Assembly (NCBI GenBank): GCA_051252135.1
Contig: JBPOGH010000008.1
Coordinates: 172,372-236,371, forward strand
Reading direction: 5' to 3'
DNA length: 64,000 nucleotides
From: Verrucomicrobiaceae bacterium
Lineage (GTDB): Bacteria > Verrucomicrobiota > Verrucomicrobiia > Verrucomicrobiales > Akkermansiaceae
Below are positions 54,409 to 63,916 of this stretch, piece by piece (position 1 is the stretch's first letter; each line of letters starts with the position of its first letter). The notes beneath the pieces were generated by a model. It did not search any database, was not told the origin of the DNA, and saw only the letters and a list, made by a program, of their open reading frames with translations. The translations under genes and the position numbers were made by a program.

Positions 54409-56307
54409 TTACCTGGGGTCGGTGGAGTAGGATTGGTTGACGGCGCCGATGGCGAGGGTCTTTGTTTCTCCGTTGGACCATTTGATAGTGGCGGAGTCGA
54501 TTTTTTCGATCTCTCCGAGGCCGATGTGGAGGTGGGTGTTCAGGCTGTGGGAGAAAACGGCTGAGCTTGCGCCGACGACCCGGCGGTAGATGCGGTCGCC
54601 CGCTTTGAGGGTGAGGACGGCATTTTGGGCGGTGGCTTTTCCGGTGGGGGAGTTGCCGACTTTGATGACGAGGTAGTTTCCTTTGTCGGCGCCGGTGCCG
54701 TTGTTGGTCATGAGGTGCCAGCGTCCGCGCTCGTTGCAGTAGATGAGGTCGAGGTCGCCATCGCTATCGTAGTCGAGGAGTTCGGCGAAGCCGCCGGTTG
54801 CCCCAAGTTCGGGTGAGATGAGGCCGGTGTTGTCGGCTGGGGCAAAGGATTTTCCTTCCTGGTTGAGGTAGAGGATTTGTTGGGTGGGGGTGGTGCGGTT
54901 GCCGTCGCGGATGACGACGAGGTCGGTCCAGCCGTCGTTGTCAAAGTCACCTGCGGCGGCGCTGGTGGTCTGTTCATTGATCTTGATGCCGAGGGTATCG
55001 GTGACATCGACGAATTGTCCGTTGCGGTTTTCGAAGAGGCGTGCGGGGAGTTCTTTTTTCGGGGTGTTTTGGGGGCCTTTGGTGACGTTTTTGACGACTC
55101 CGGAGGTGGCTGATTTTGTTTTTCCGCCGATGCGCCAGGTGTTGTCGCCGAGGTGGCCGACGTAGAATCCGGGTTTGGTGAGTTCTTCGGGGAATCCTTT
55201 GGCTTGTTCGGGTGAAAGGGTGAAGTCGGCTCCCCGGTGGCGGTCTTTTCCGAATTCGAGGGGTTCCATGTTGGCTCCTGCGAAGGCGTCGAAGGTGGGG
55301 TAGGCCATTTGGAGGTTTTCCATTTGGAAGTCTCCGTCGATTGTGAGGTCGTACTGGTAGTCGACGTCGTTTACGAAGGCGGCGAAGATGTAGTAGGCAA
55401 AGCACTTGCCTTTGGGATCGAGGCAGCAGGCTTCGGAGAATTGGTGCTCGGCGCGGGTGACGAAAAGATCGAAGTCGCCGTCGTTATCAAAATCGATTTC
55501 GGTGAGTGAGGTGACGAAGGTGGTTTCGGCGAGCTTGCCGAGGGTTTGTTTGCTGGTGTCGGCGAACTGGTGTCCCTCGCCGCCTTTGAGGGCGAGCATG
55601 TTGGCTCCACCGTAGAAGATGAGGTCGGAATCAGAGTCGTTATTGAAATCGGTGACGAGGGTGCGGAAGCCCATCCAGCGGGCTTGCGGGAGTTTGGACT
55701 CGAGCTGGAAGTTACCATCGCCTGATTGGGTGTAGAGTTGGTTGGCGCCGATCTTGTTCTGTGTCTTGAGGGGGAAGCCGGAGAGGACGAGATCGAGGGT
55801 GCCGTCGTTGTTGGAGTCGATGAGCTTGGCGGCGCGTCCGCGGGAGCGGTCGAAATACTCGTAGACTTTTCCTTTCTCAATGGTGCGGTCGCGGTTGATG
55901 TGGAAGGAGATGGGGTTTTCGGGTTTGGTTCCTCCACCTCCGCCGGGGTAGATGAGGAGGTCGATGCGGCCGTCGAGATCGTAGTCCCCTGCGGCGACTC
56001 CGTGGGTGTCTCCGCCGACGACCTGGACCGGCTTGGAAAAGGTGCCGGCATTGTTCCAGTAGATGTTGGCGTGCTTGCCATGCTCGGTCAGGAGGAGATC
56101 GAGGTGACCGTCTTGATCGAGATCGGCGACGAGGGCGTTGTCCCATTTTCGTCGGCTGACGGTTTCGAGCGGGATGACGTCGGGGGAGGTGCTGAATTGG
56201 GGTTTGCCGGGTTCCTCGTCTTTTTGCAGGGCAAAGGTGGTGAGGCCGAGGCAGGTAAGAGCTGGGGCGAGGATGAGAGAGCGGCGGGACAGTTTGGGGA
56301 ATGTCAT
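54409..56307 (-). CDS. CRTAC1-family FG-GAP repeat protein with an ASPIC/UnbV domain
   Basis: Repeated DxDxDGxxDL; C-terminal LHIGLG..IKWSNG. Confidence 0.9.
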   Translation of the reverse strand: MTFPKLSRRSLILAPALTCLGLTTFALQKDEEPGKPQFSTSPDVIPLETVSRRKWDNALVADLDQDGHLDLLLTEHGKHANIYWNNAGTFSKPVQVVGGDTHGVAAGDYDLDGRIDLLIYPGGGGGTKPENPISFHINRDRTIEKGKVYEYFDRSRGRAAKLIDSNNDGTLDLVLSGFPLKTQNKIGANQLYTQSGDGNFQLESKLPQARWMGFRTLVTDFNNDSDSDLIFYGGANMLALKGGEGHQFADTSKQTLGKLAETTFVTSLTEIDFDNDGDFDLFVTRAEHQFSEACCLDPKGKCFAYYIFAAFVNDVDYQYDLTIDGDFQMENLQMAYPTFDAFAGANMEPLEFGKDRHRGADFTLSPEQAKGFPEELTKPGFYVGHLGDNTWRIGGKTKSATSGVVKNVTKGPQNTPKKELPARLFENRNGQFVDVTDTLGIKINEQTTSAAAGDFDNDGWTDLVVIRDGNRTTPTQQILYLNQEGKSFAPADNTGLISPELGATGGFAELLDYDSDGDLDLIYCNERGRWHLMTNNGTGADKGNYLVIKVGNSPTGKATAQNAVLTLKAGDRIYRRVVGASSAVFSHSLNTHLHIGLGEIEKIDSATIKWSNGETKTLAIGAVNQSYSTDPR

Positions 56308-56386
56308 GAGAGAATGAGGGCGGCGCTTTGGAGTGGGGGGAGGGGAATTAGGAATTGCTTGGTTGGGGGGCTTGGTTGAGGGGGAA

Positions 56387-56404
56387 GCGGGCAGGAATGC
56401 CCAC
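56387..56404. repeat. REP-like palindrome
   Basis: GCGGGCAGGAATGCCCAC. Confidence 0.55.
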
Positions 56405-56429
56405 TCTCCATATTGGTTGGGGGCCTGCG

Positions 56430-59400
56430 TTATTCGGGGGCGACGGCTAGGCGGATGAAGGAGGTGGGGGCGGTGGTGGGGAGGGTGTGGGAGATGGAGG
56501 TGCCGGGGGTGATGGTGACGTCGTCGATGAGGATGGGGTCCCAGTCGAAGAGGTCGGGGGAGGTTTCGAGGTAGAAGTGGGTGCCGTAGGTTCCGGTGTA
56601 GGTGCTGCTGATGGGCCAGGTGATGGTGCCGGTGGCGTTGATGGCGGGGAGCATGGTGAAGGAGGATCCGGTTTCTCCCATGAAGTATTCGATGCCGTTG
56701 GGGACGAGGTCGGAGTCGTGGTCGCCATTGAAGGGTTGACCGGGGGCGTTTTGGTCGGCCCAGGTGGTGTATCCGGGGGGGGAGGATTGGACGGTGAGGG
56801 TGCCGGTGCCGGTGATGAGGGGTGTTTCGTGTTGGGCTCCGCTGCCGGTGGCTCCGTAGACGCCGGCGGGTTGTTGGGTGCCATCGATGAAGAGTTTGTC
56901 GATGGTATCGGTGCCGGTGAAGGTGAGGTTGGCGGTGCTGCCGGTGGCGAGGCGGTAGGTGGCGGATTCATCGGCGGTGTTGATCTGGGCGATTTTGAGG
57001 GTGCCGCCGAGGATGTCGGTATCGCCGGTGTAGGTGCGGGCACCGTTGAGTTGGGCGTTGGAGGTGCCGGTTTTTTGGATGCTTTGTCCGGTGTTGAATT
57101 CGGAGAGGTCGCCATCGATTTGGAGGGTGGCGGTGCCGTCTCCGGTGATGGTGAGGTCGTGGTAGAGGATGAGGTCGAGGTCGAGGTCGTAGGTGAAGTT
57201 TCCGGTGGCATCGAGGTTGATGGTGGGGGCGACTCCGTGGAGGGTGTTGGTGAAGATGAGGGTGTTGCCGGTGAGGTTGGCGGATTTGTTAGAGGTGTCG
57301 TTTCCGCTGAGGATGATTTTGTTGAGCATGAACTCGAGGCCGGTTTTGCGGAGGAGGTCGTTGTTTGAGGTGTAGCTTGCGGAGTGTGCGGGGAATTCGA
57401 GGATGGCTCCGGCGAAGCCATCGGAGCGGAGGAGGTGCTCGGGGTTGGTGGTGCCGCCTTCATACCAGTTGGCGGGGTTGGCGCCGGTGGGGCCGTCCTG
57501 TTCATCGGCTCCGGCGGACCAGTCGTTGTGGAGGCCGGGGCGGAAGGTGAAGTGGTCGACGATGTTGAGGGGTTCGGAGTCGAGGTCGCGGTTGAGGATG
57601 GGGTAGCGTGGTTTGTCCCAGTTGGCTTCCATGTGGGTGACTTCGCGGGTCATTTCAGCGACGCGGGTGGCGTTGGCGGCGAGGCCTGAGATGTCGTTGG
57701 TCTCGGAGGGGTCGGTGTTGAGGTTGTGGAGTTTGTAGAAGGGGGGGGAGGCGTTGACGTTGCGGGTGTTGACGAGTTTCCAGTTGTCCTGGATGACGGC
57801 GAAGGTGCCCCGCCAGCGGTGGACGAGGGTGTCGTGGGGGAGGGCGGTGTTTTGGCCGTTGAGGTGAGGGATGAGGTTGACGCCGTCGATTTTTTCAGAG
57901 GGGTCGATGGTGCCGCCGGCGAGGGCGACGGAGGTGGGGAGGAGGTCGATGCCGTGGACGGGTTTGTCGAAGACGGTGCCGATTTTTGAGGGGTCGATGC
58001 CGGCTCCGGCCATGATCATGGGGACGCGGATGCCGCCGTCGTGGGCGGAGCCTTTGAAGCCGTTGAGGATGCCGTTGGAGGTGCCGTTGACTCCGTCCTC
58101 CATGCCGGCGACGCCGCCGTTGTCATTGAGGAAGACGACGAGGGTGTTGTCGGTGATGGAGTCGGCGGTGTTGCCGTCTCCATTGGGGTCATCGAGCTTG
58201 GCCATGAGGTCGCCAATTTCCTTGTCCATGGTGATCATCATGGAGGCGACCTGGCGGCGGTTGTTGGGGGTCAGGCCGGAGATGCGGGGGTCGTTGTAAT
58301 CCGGGGAGTTGTTGGTCCAGGGTTTGTGGGGTGCGGGGTGGGCGAGGTAGAGGAAGAAGGGCTCGGGGTCGTCGTGGTGATCGGCGACGAATTGTTCGGC
58401 GTAGTCGCCGAGGATTTTGGTGAGGTCTTTTTCGGCGGAGGGGACGTTGGCGTAGTCGGTGTATTCCTTGATGACGTCGGTTTTTGAATCGTCCGGGTGG
58501 ATGAGGGCTTCGCGGAGGTAGCGGAGTTGGTTGGGGTGGTCGGGGTCGGAATTGAAGTTGTAGTATCCGGCGGTGAATTCGCGGGAGCCGTGCCAGAAGC
58601 CGAAGAAGCGGTCGATGCCTTGGTTTTCGGGGCGGTTGCCGAGTTTGGTGGGGGTGTTCTCGATGGAGCCGAGGTGCCATTTTCCGATGGCTCCGGTGGT
58701 GTATCCGAGGTTGCGCATGCGGTCCCAGACGGTGTCGGTTTCGACGGGGATGCCTTCGAAGATTTGGCTGGCGAGGAAGTGATTGTTGCCGACGTTTTCG
58801 TTTCCGATGCGGGCCTGGTAGGCGCCGGTGACGATGGCGGCGCGGGTGGGCTGGCAGTTGGCGGCGACGTAGGCGCGGGAGAAGGTGATGCCGCGGGCGG
58901 CGAGGGCGTCGAGGTGGGGGGTGGGGACTTCCGAGGTGGAGCCGCTGTGGGCGTTCATGAAGCCGAAGTCGGCGTAGCCTGCGTCATCGGAAATGATGAC
59001 GATGATGTTGGGGCGGAGTGCGCCGGGGGTGCCGGAGGAGGCGTTGACGGTGATGGTGAGGGTGGCGGAGCCGGTGAGGTGTTCGCTATCGGAAGTTTGG
59101 GCGGTGATGGTGTGGGTGCCGACGGCGAGATTTGTGATAGAAATGGTGTCGCCGGTGCCGAGGACGCCGCTGAGGTTTGAGGTCCAGATGATGTTGGAGG
59201 AGACGTCGCCGTCTTCCGGGTCCGTTCCGGTGGCGGTGAAGGTGGTGGGAACGCCGGTGGTGACGGTGGAGGCATTTGCGGGAGCGGAGATGGAGACGGT
59301 GGGGGGGAAGTTGTCGGGGGTGGAGATGTCGAGTGAGATGGAGTGGGTGCCGGTGAGGGAGCCGGAGTCGGTAGCGCTGGCGGTGATGGTGTGGACGCCG

Positions 59401-60212
59401 ACGGAGAGGGAGGAGGTGGTGATGCTGGCTCCGGTGCCGAGGGCGCCATCGATGCTGGAGGACCAGGTGAGGGCAGTGTTGAGGTTTCCGTCTTCGGTAT
59501 CGGTGGCGGTGGCGGTGAAGGTGACGCTGGATCCGGGGAGGGCGTTGGAGCCGTCTGCGGGGGCGGTGATGGTGACGACGGGGGCGTTGTTGGGGGTGCC
59601 GGTGATGATGAGGGAGTCGTCGACGGAGATGGAGTCGATACTGAAGGAGGAGGAGGGGAAGGCGGCGGCGTTTCCGAAGTTGGCGAAGCCGAAGCCGAAG
59701 AAGTTGGAACCGGCGGCGGGGAAGTTGGCGCCGAGGGTGAGGGTGCCGGCGGTGGTGGTGCCGTTGGTGGAGTAGATGCCGGTGCCGGCGGGGAGGGTGC
59801 CGGACCAGCCTGCGTTGTTATCGAAGGACTGGGGGGAGGCGGTGTTGTTGAGGAAGAGCTCGTAGGTGCCGTTGGCGGCGACGAGGGTTTGGGCGTAGTG
59901 GGAGTTGTTGGCGGTGTTGGTGCCGACGAAGCCGAGCCAGATGGAGGAGGCGCCGGTGAAGTTGGAGATATCGACCTTGAGGTAGCCGGTTTGTCCGACG
60001 AGGAGATCGTTGTAGTTGAGGAAGCGGCGGGTGGTGCCGGCGGTGTGGGAGTAGTCGAGCTGGTCGTTGGGGTCGTCGAGGGTGACGGGAGTTCCGGCGG
60101 TGTTATTCCAGGCGGAGGGGATGGAGGAGCCGGTGAATTGGTCCTGGTAGACGTTGGCGGCGTGGGCGAGGGAGCCCGAGGCGAGGAGGGCAAGGAGAGG
60201 AAGGAATTTCAT
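56430..60212 (-). CDS. Multidomain secreted sulfatase (Ig-like repeats, autotransporter-associated beta-strand repeat)
   Basis: Two Ig units (ATDxEDG..WxS..GxHTITA), PNIIVIISDD, CQPTR, GKWHLG, NDNGG, KTG..TYTGDTDILGGTL. Confidence 0.93.
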   Translation of the reverse strand: MKFLPLLALLASGSLAHAANVYQDQFTGSSIPSAWNNTAGTPVTLDDPNDQLDYSHTAGTTRRFLNYNDLLVGQTGYLKVDISNFTGASSIWLGFVGTNTANNSHYAQTLVAANGTYELFLNNTASPQSFDNNAGWSGTLPAGTGIYSTNGTTTAGTLTLGANFPAAGSNFFGFGFANFGNAAAFPSSSFSIDSISVDDSLIITGTPNNAPVVTITAPADGSNALPGSSVTFTATATDTEDGNLNTALTWSSSIDGALGTGASITTSSLSVGVHTITASATDSGSLTGTHSISLDISTPDNFPPTVSISAPANASTVTTGVPTTFTATGTDPEDGDVSSNIIWTSNLSGVLGTGDTISITNLAVGTHTITAQTSDSEHLTGSATLTITVNASSGTPGALRPNIIVIISDDAGYADFGFMNAHSGSTSEVPTPHLDALAARGITFSRAYVAANCQPTRAAIVTGAYQARIGNENVGNNHFLASQIFEGIPVETDTVWDRMRNLGYTTGAIGKWHLGSIENTPTKLGNRPENQGIDRFFGFWHGSREFTAGYYNFNSDPDHPNQLRYLREALIHPDDSKTDVIKEYTDYANVPSAEKDLTKILGDYAEQFVADHHDDPEPFFLYLAHPAPHKPWTNNSPDYNDPRISGLTPNNRRQVASMMITMDKEIGDLMAKLDDPNGDGNTADSITDNTLVVFLNDNGGVAGMEDGVNGTSNGILNGFKGSAHDGGIRVPMIMAGAGIDPSKIGTVFDKPVHGIDLLPTSVALAGGTIDPSEKIDGVNLIPHLNGQNTALPHDTLVHRWRGTFAVIQDNWKLVNTRNVNASPPFYKLHNLNTDPSETNDISGLAANATRVAEMTREVTHMEANWDKPRYPILNRDLDSEPLNIVDHFTFRPGLHNDWSAGADEQDGPTGANPANWYEGGTTNPEHLLRSDGFAGAILEFPAHSASYTSNNDLLRKTGLEFMLNKIILSGNDTSNKSANLTGNTLIFTNTLHGVAPTINLDATGNFTYDLDLDLILYHDLTITGDGTATLQIDGDLSEFNTGQSIQKTGTSNAQLNGARTYTGDTDILGGTLKIAQINTADESATYRLATGSTANLTFTGTDTIDKLFIDGTQQPAGVYGATGSGAQHETPLITGTGTLTVQSSPPGYTTWADQNAPGQPFNGDHDSDLVPNGIEYFMGETGSSFTMLPAINATGTITWPISSTYTGTYGTHFYLETSPDLFDWDPILIDDVTITPGTSISHTLPTTAPTSFIRLAVAPE

Positions 60213-60338
60213 GAGGAAAAGGGATGGGCTGAACGCTCTGACGTCCTAACACTGTCGGTTGGGGCGAAATTGTTCGCAAGAAGTTGTAAATGTTTTGAAA
60301 TTCTATCCAGAGAGGTGGTTTTTTGCTGAACTGGAGGG

Positions 60339-61565
60339 GTGCATGAATTGGTAGTGATCGGTGGCGGAGCGGCGGGATTTTACGGGGCGATTACGGCTGC
60401 GGAGCTCGGGGTGCCGGGGGTGTTGATTTTGGAGCGGGGAGCGGAGGTGCTGACGAAGGTGCGGATCTCGGGTGGGGGGCGCTGCAATGTGACGCATCAT
60501 TGTTTTGAGCCGAGGGAGTTGGTGGAGAATTATCCGCGCGGGAAGAAGTCGTTGATCGGGCCGTTTCACCGGTTTCAGGCGAGTGATACGGTGGCGTGGT
60601 TTGAGTCGCGGGGGGTGGAGTTGAAGGTGGAGGGGGACGGGCGGATGTTTCCGGTGACGGATGACTCGAAGACGATCATTGATTGTCTGACGGGGGCGGC
60701 GCGGGCGGCGGGGGTGGAGTGGCGGACGCGGTGCGGGGTGGAGGCGGTGGAGCAGCGGGAGGACGGGACGTTTTTGATCAAGACCGCGACGGGGGAGGAG
60801 CTGGAGGCGCGGTGTGTGTTGGTGGCGACGGGCGGGGTGCGGACGAAGCCGGCGCGGGTGCCGGCGGAGGATTTGGGGGTGGCGATGGAGGGGGCGGTGC
60901 CGTCGTTGTTTACCTTCAAGATTGAGGATGAGCGACTGCGGGATTTGGCGGGGGTGTCGGTGCCGGAGGCGACGGTGCGGGCGGGGAAGATTGTGACGAA
61001 GGGTCCGGTGTTGGTGACGCATTGGGGGCTGAGCGGGCCGGGGGTGTTGAAGGCGTCGGCCTGGGGGGCGCGGGAGTTGGCGGAGATGGGGTATCGTTTT
61101 GAGCTACGGGTGAATTGGACGGGGGAGATGACGGAGGCGGAGGTGAGTGATCTTTTTCGAGAGCAGCGTGAGGGGTTTGGTTCGCGGAAGGTGCTGAAGA
61201 GGTCGTTGATTGAGGGGGTGACGCGGCGGTTGTGGCAGAGTCTGTGTCTGGCGGCGGGGATTGCGGATGAGACGACGTGGGCGACGATGACGCGGGAGCA
61301 GGGGCGGGAGTTGGTGGGGGAGCTGACGGATTGTCGTTTTGCGGTGGAGGGGAAGAGTCTGAACAAGGATGAATTTGTGACGTGCGGGGGGGTGAAATTG
61401 AAGGAAGTGAATCTGAAGACGATGGAGTGCAAGAAGGTGAAAGGATTGTACTTTGCGGGGGAGGTGTTGGATATCGATGGGGTGACGGGCGGGTTTAATT
61501 TTCAGGCGGCGTGGACGACGGGGCATTTGGCGGGGACGGCGGTGGCCGCGAGGGTGGAACATTAA
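60339..61565 (+). CDS. HI0933/BaiN family flavoprotein
   Basis: GGGAAG, ISGGGRCNVT, THWGLSGP, TCGGV, GGFNFQAAWTTG; GTG start. Confidence 0.93.
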   Translation: MHELVVIGGGAAGFYGAITAAELGVPGVLILERGAEVLTKVRISGGGRCNVTHHCFEPRELVENYPRGKKSLIGPFHRFQASDTVAWFESRGVELKVEGDGRMFPVTDDSKTIIDCLTGAARAAGVEWRTRCGVEAVEQREDGTFLIKTATGEELEARCVLVATGGVRTKPARVPAEDLGVAMEGAVPSLFTFKIEDERLRDLAGVSVPEATVRAGKIVTKGPVLVTHWGLSGPGVLKASAWGARELAEMGYRFELRVNWTGEMTEAEVSDLFREQREGFGSRKVLKRSLIEGVTRRLWQSLCLAAGIADETTWATMTREQGRELVGELTDCRFAVEGKSLNKDEFVTCGGVKLKEVNLKTMECKKVKGLYFAGEVLDIDGVTGGFNFQAAWTTGHLAGTAVAARVEH

Positions 61566-61737
61566 AGTCTTGGGTTGGGGAGGGGGAGCGGGAGTGATGG
61601 GAAGAGGGCGAATGCGCGGGTGTAGGCTTGACTGATTTGATGGATGAATAGAATTGGAGCGGAGCGAATGGGGGATTATAGGGGGTTGATCGCAACTTGC
61701 TACGCAAGCACGATAACCCTACTGTTCTCCAATAAAT

Positions 61738-62328
61738 ATGACCTGCGTTCCCGAGCCAGTGATTCAACACTATCGCGAATCACGTTCGTTGGTTTCCGTG
61801 ACGAGGGAGCAGATTGATTCAAACTCTGTTCAGGGCTTTATTGTAGATTACGATGCCGATTGGATTGTGCTTCAGCACATTCACGATTTCTTTCTCGACG
61901 GCTATCTACTCCTTCGGAGGGCAGACCTGACCTCGATGAATTGCCGTGCGACAGATGCGTTTCAGAGGCACCTTCTTGAGTCTGATGGTATTCTCGACAA
62001 GGTTGATTTTGATTTTCGTTTGCCAAGTGGCGGTCTTGCTGAATTTTTGACGAGGTTACCGAAGAGCCGAATTCTCATTCTGGAAGACGAGACCGAGGAT
62101 GACCTGTTTCTTATCGGGACTTTCTTGGACATTGAGGATGAGTGCGTCTCGATTCGGTTTTTCTCAGGTGCAGGTCGATGGGACGAAGAGCCTGCTGAGA
62201 TCGACTTTGAAGACATCACATCGGTTTCATTTTCTACCAACTACACTCTCGCCTACGAGCGCCACTTTGCCTCGGAGACCAGCAATGGAGAACAAGTCGG
62301 CGCTGGCAATCCGCTAGACGCTGAGTAG
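61738..62328 (+). CDS. Cassette 1 hypothetical protein
   Basis: 196-aa acidic ORF; stop codon lies within attC1. Confidence 0.8.
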   Translation: MTCVPEPVIQHYRESRSLVSVTREQIDSNSVQGFIVDYDADWIVLQHIHDFFLDGYLLLRRADLTSMNCRATDAFQRHLLESDGILDKVDFDFRLPSGGLAEFLTRLPKSRILILEDETEDDLFLIGTFLDIEDECVSIRFFSGAGRWDEEPAEIDFEDITSVSFSTNYTLAYERHFASETSNGEQVGAGNPLDAE

Positions 62329-62424
62329 TTTAGTTTTATGATTTTAGAACCTTTAACCCCTTCGTCGAACTGGCGCCGCCTCTAGCGGATTCCAGGCCTT
62401 CGACGTTCTGCAAGAAACCTTCCG

Positions 62425-62718
62425 ATGAAACCGCTCGATCCTCCACACACTATCGAAGGTGATCCGAAAGCTACCGAGATGCTTCGGTTGTGGGCGGCGC
62501 ACGGCAAGCTCGATGTTGCGATCAATATCGGATCCTACGAATCTTCGGATATTGATGAGGCCGAAGCTTGGGGGACGATTCTGTCAGATTGCGCCCATCA
62601 TATTAGCAGAGCTCTACAGCAGCGATATGATGTGCCGATCGAGAATTCAATGCGGACAATTCGCGAGGTATTTATGTCGGAGACCTCGAACCCATCGACA
62701 GAGTTTGCAGGCGAATGA
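62425..62718 (+). CDS. Cassette 2, DUF5076-like protein
   Basis: EMLRLW..AWGTILSD..HIS; 97 aa. Confidence 0.75.
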   Translation: MKPLDPPHTIEGDPKATEMLRLWAAHGKLDVAINIGSYESSDIDEAEAWGTILSDCAHHISRALQQRYDVPIENSMRTIREVFMSETSNPSTEFAGE

Positions 62719-62851
62719 GCCACAAGAATCACAAGATGCAGAACAAGACATGGGACTCGATGCCGGGTAGCGCCTCTTGTTTGGCGCGAGGGCCTATGGT
62801 TTGCGCTGGTTTTCTGGCGGCAACGAGTCCATTTTGACGTTTTGCTAAGAA

Positions 62852-63187
62852 ATGAAGATGCTCGGCAACATCGCATTCGGAGTGATCGCGGTATTGTCAT
62901 TGCCCGTTGTCCTGCCAGTCATGGTGGTTCGCAATATGATGGATGCGAGGTATCAGAAACGAATCGCGAATGCGGTTTCGTGCGAGAAGTGCGCAAAGTT
63001 GCTCGGCGAAGCAGCGATATCGGAATCGAATCGTGTCGTGGCACAAGAATGGAAGGAACTGCAAGCGAAGCGCCCAGGCGTTAGGTTTCGCAGGATTAGA
63101 AGGCACCACGCCATTTGCACTGAGTGTGGCCAAGAGTATTTCTATTCGAATCAGGGGAAGACGTATTTGCCAGTTGTTCCCGCATAA
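62852..63187 (+). CDS. Cassette 3 hypothetical protein with a TM helix and two CxxC motifs
   Basis: CEKC and CTEC. Confidence 0.7.
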   Translation: MKMLGNIAFGVIAVLSLPVVLPVMVVRNMMDARYQKRIANAVSCEKCAKLLGEAAISESNRVVAQEWKELQAKRPGVRFRRIRRHHAICTECGQEYFYSNQGKTYLPVVPA

Positions 63188-63335
63188 AACGACAAGCAGA
63201 ACAAGTCGCTGCACAGAATCCCTGACCCGCTCCGAGTCGAATTTTCCATGACCATTCAACCATCAACCCCGAAATCAACGCTCGCTCCCGGTTAGGGATT
63301 CTGTGAGCTTTGACGTCGCTGAAGAAAATCGATCC

Positions 63336-63728
63336 ATGCAACGACCTCGGATAGTTCCAGGCAACAATATCGCTCTCAAGATTCCTCCGCATGAGTTTGA
63401 GTCCACGGTTGCATTCTACAGAGATGTTCTCGGACTCCGATCGCTTGGAGAATTGCGGGGCAGTGTGGGGTTCGATTTCGACGGTAAGAGCATCTGGTTG
63501 GATCGAGTGGAGGCGCTTAGTCACGCGGAGATATGGCTAGAGCTCCGAGCCGATCACATTTCAGAAGCTGAAAGGTATTTTGAGCAGCAAGGAATTATTC
63601 GACGGGACGAGATCGAGAAGCTTCCCGATGGTTTTTCTGGATTCTGGGTATCGACGAACTCCGGTCTGATCCATCTCGTCTCAGGCAATCAAACCAACAG
63701 CGAACAAGGCGTCGATCCAAAGGCCTGA
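63336..63728 (+). CDS. Cassette 4, VOC/glyoxalase-like protein
   Basis: NIALKIP..TVAFYRDVLGL, LWLD-like IWLD, EIWLEL. Confidence 0.8.
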   Translation: MQRPRIVPGNNIALKIPPHEFESTVAFYRDVLGLRSLGELRGSVGFDFDGKSIWLDRVEALSHAEIWLELRADHISEAERYFEQQGIIRRDEIEKLPDGFSGFWVSTNSGLIHLVSGNQTNSEQGVDPKA

Positions 63729-63882
63729 GCCGCTGCGAGTTCAATCCGTCGACGATCGAACATCAACCCAGGAGTCGGAGCCTCGGCCCCCGGGCAGGTG
63801 TGAGAGGACTTCGACATTGGGAAATGGAACCCCCGAGGATCGGGATGGGATGCTTCGGGGTTTTTGATGATGGGTGGGAGGA

Positions 63883-63916
63883 GAATTAGGAATTTAGAAT
63901 TAGGGATTAGGAATTG
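63883..63916 (+). repeat. Heptamer tandem repeat
   Basis: GAATTAG-GAATTTA-GAATTAG-GGATTAG-GAATTG. Confidence 0.7.

Larger units (their letters stand above)
61724..63822 (+). mobile_element. Array of four integron-like gene cassettes without an adjacent integrase (CALIN-like)
   Basis: attC-like palindromes at about 62286-62411, 62737-62845, 63195-63321 and 63698-63822, each GAACAAG...GAC-GTT or a variant; cassette ends are complementary. Confidence 0.85.
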
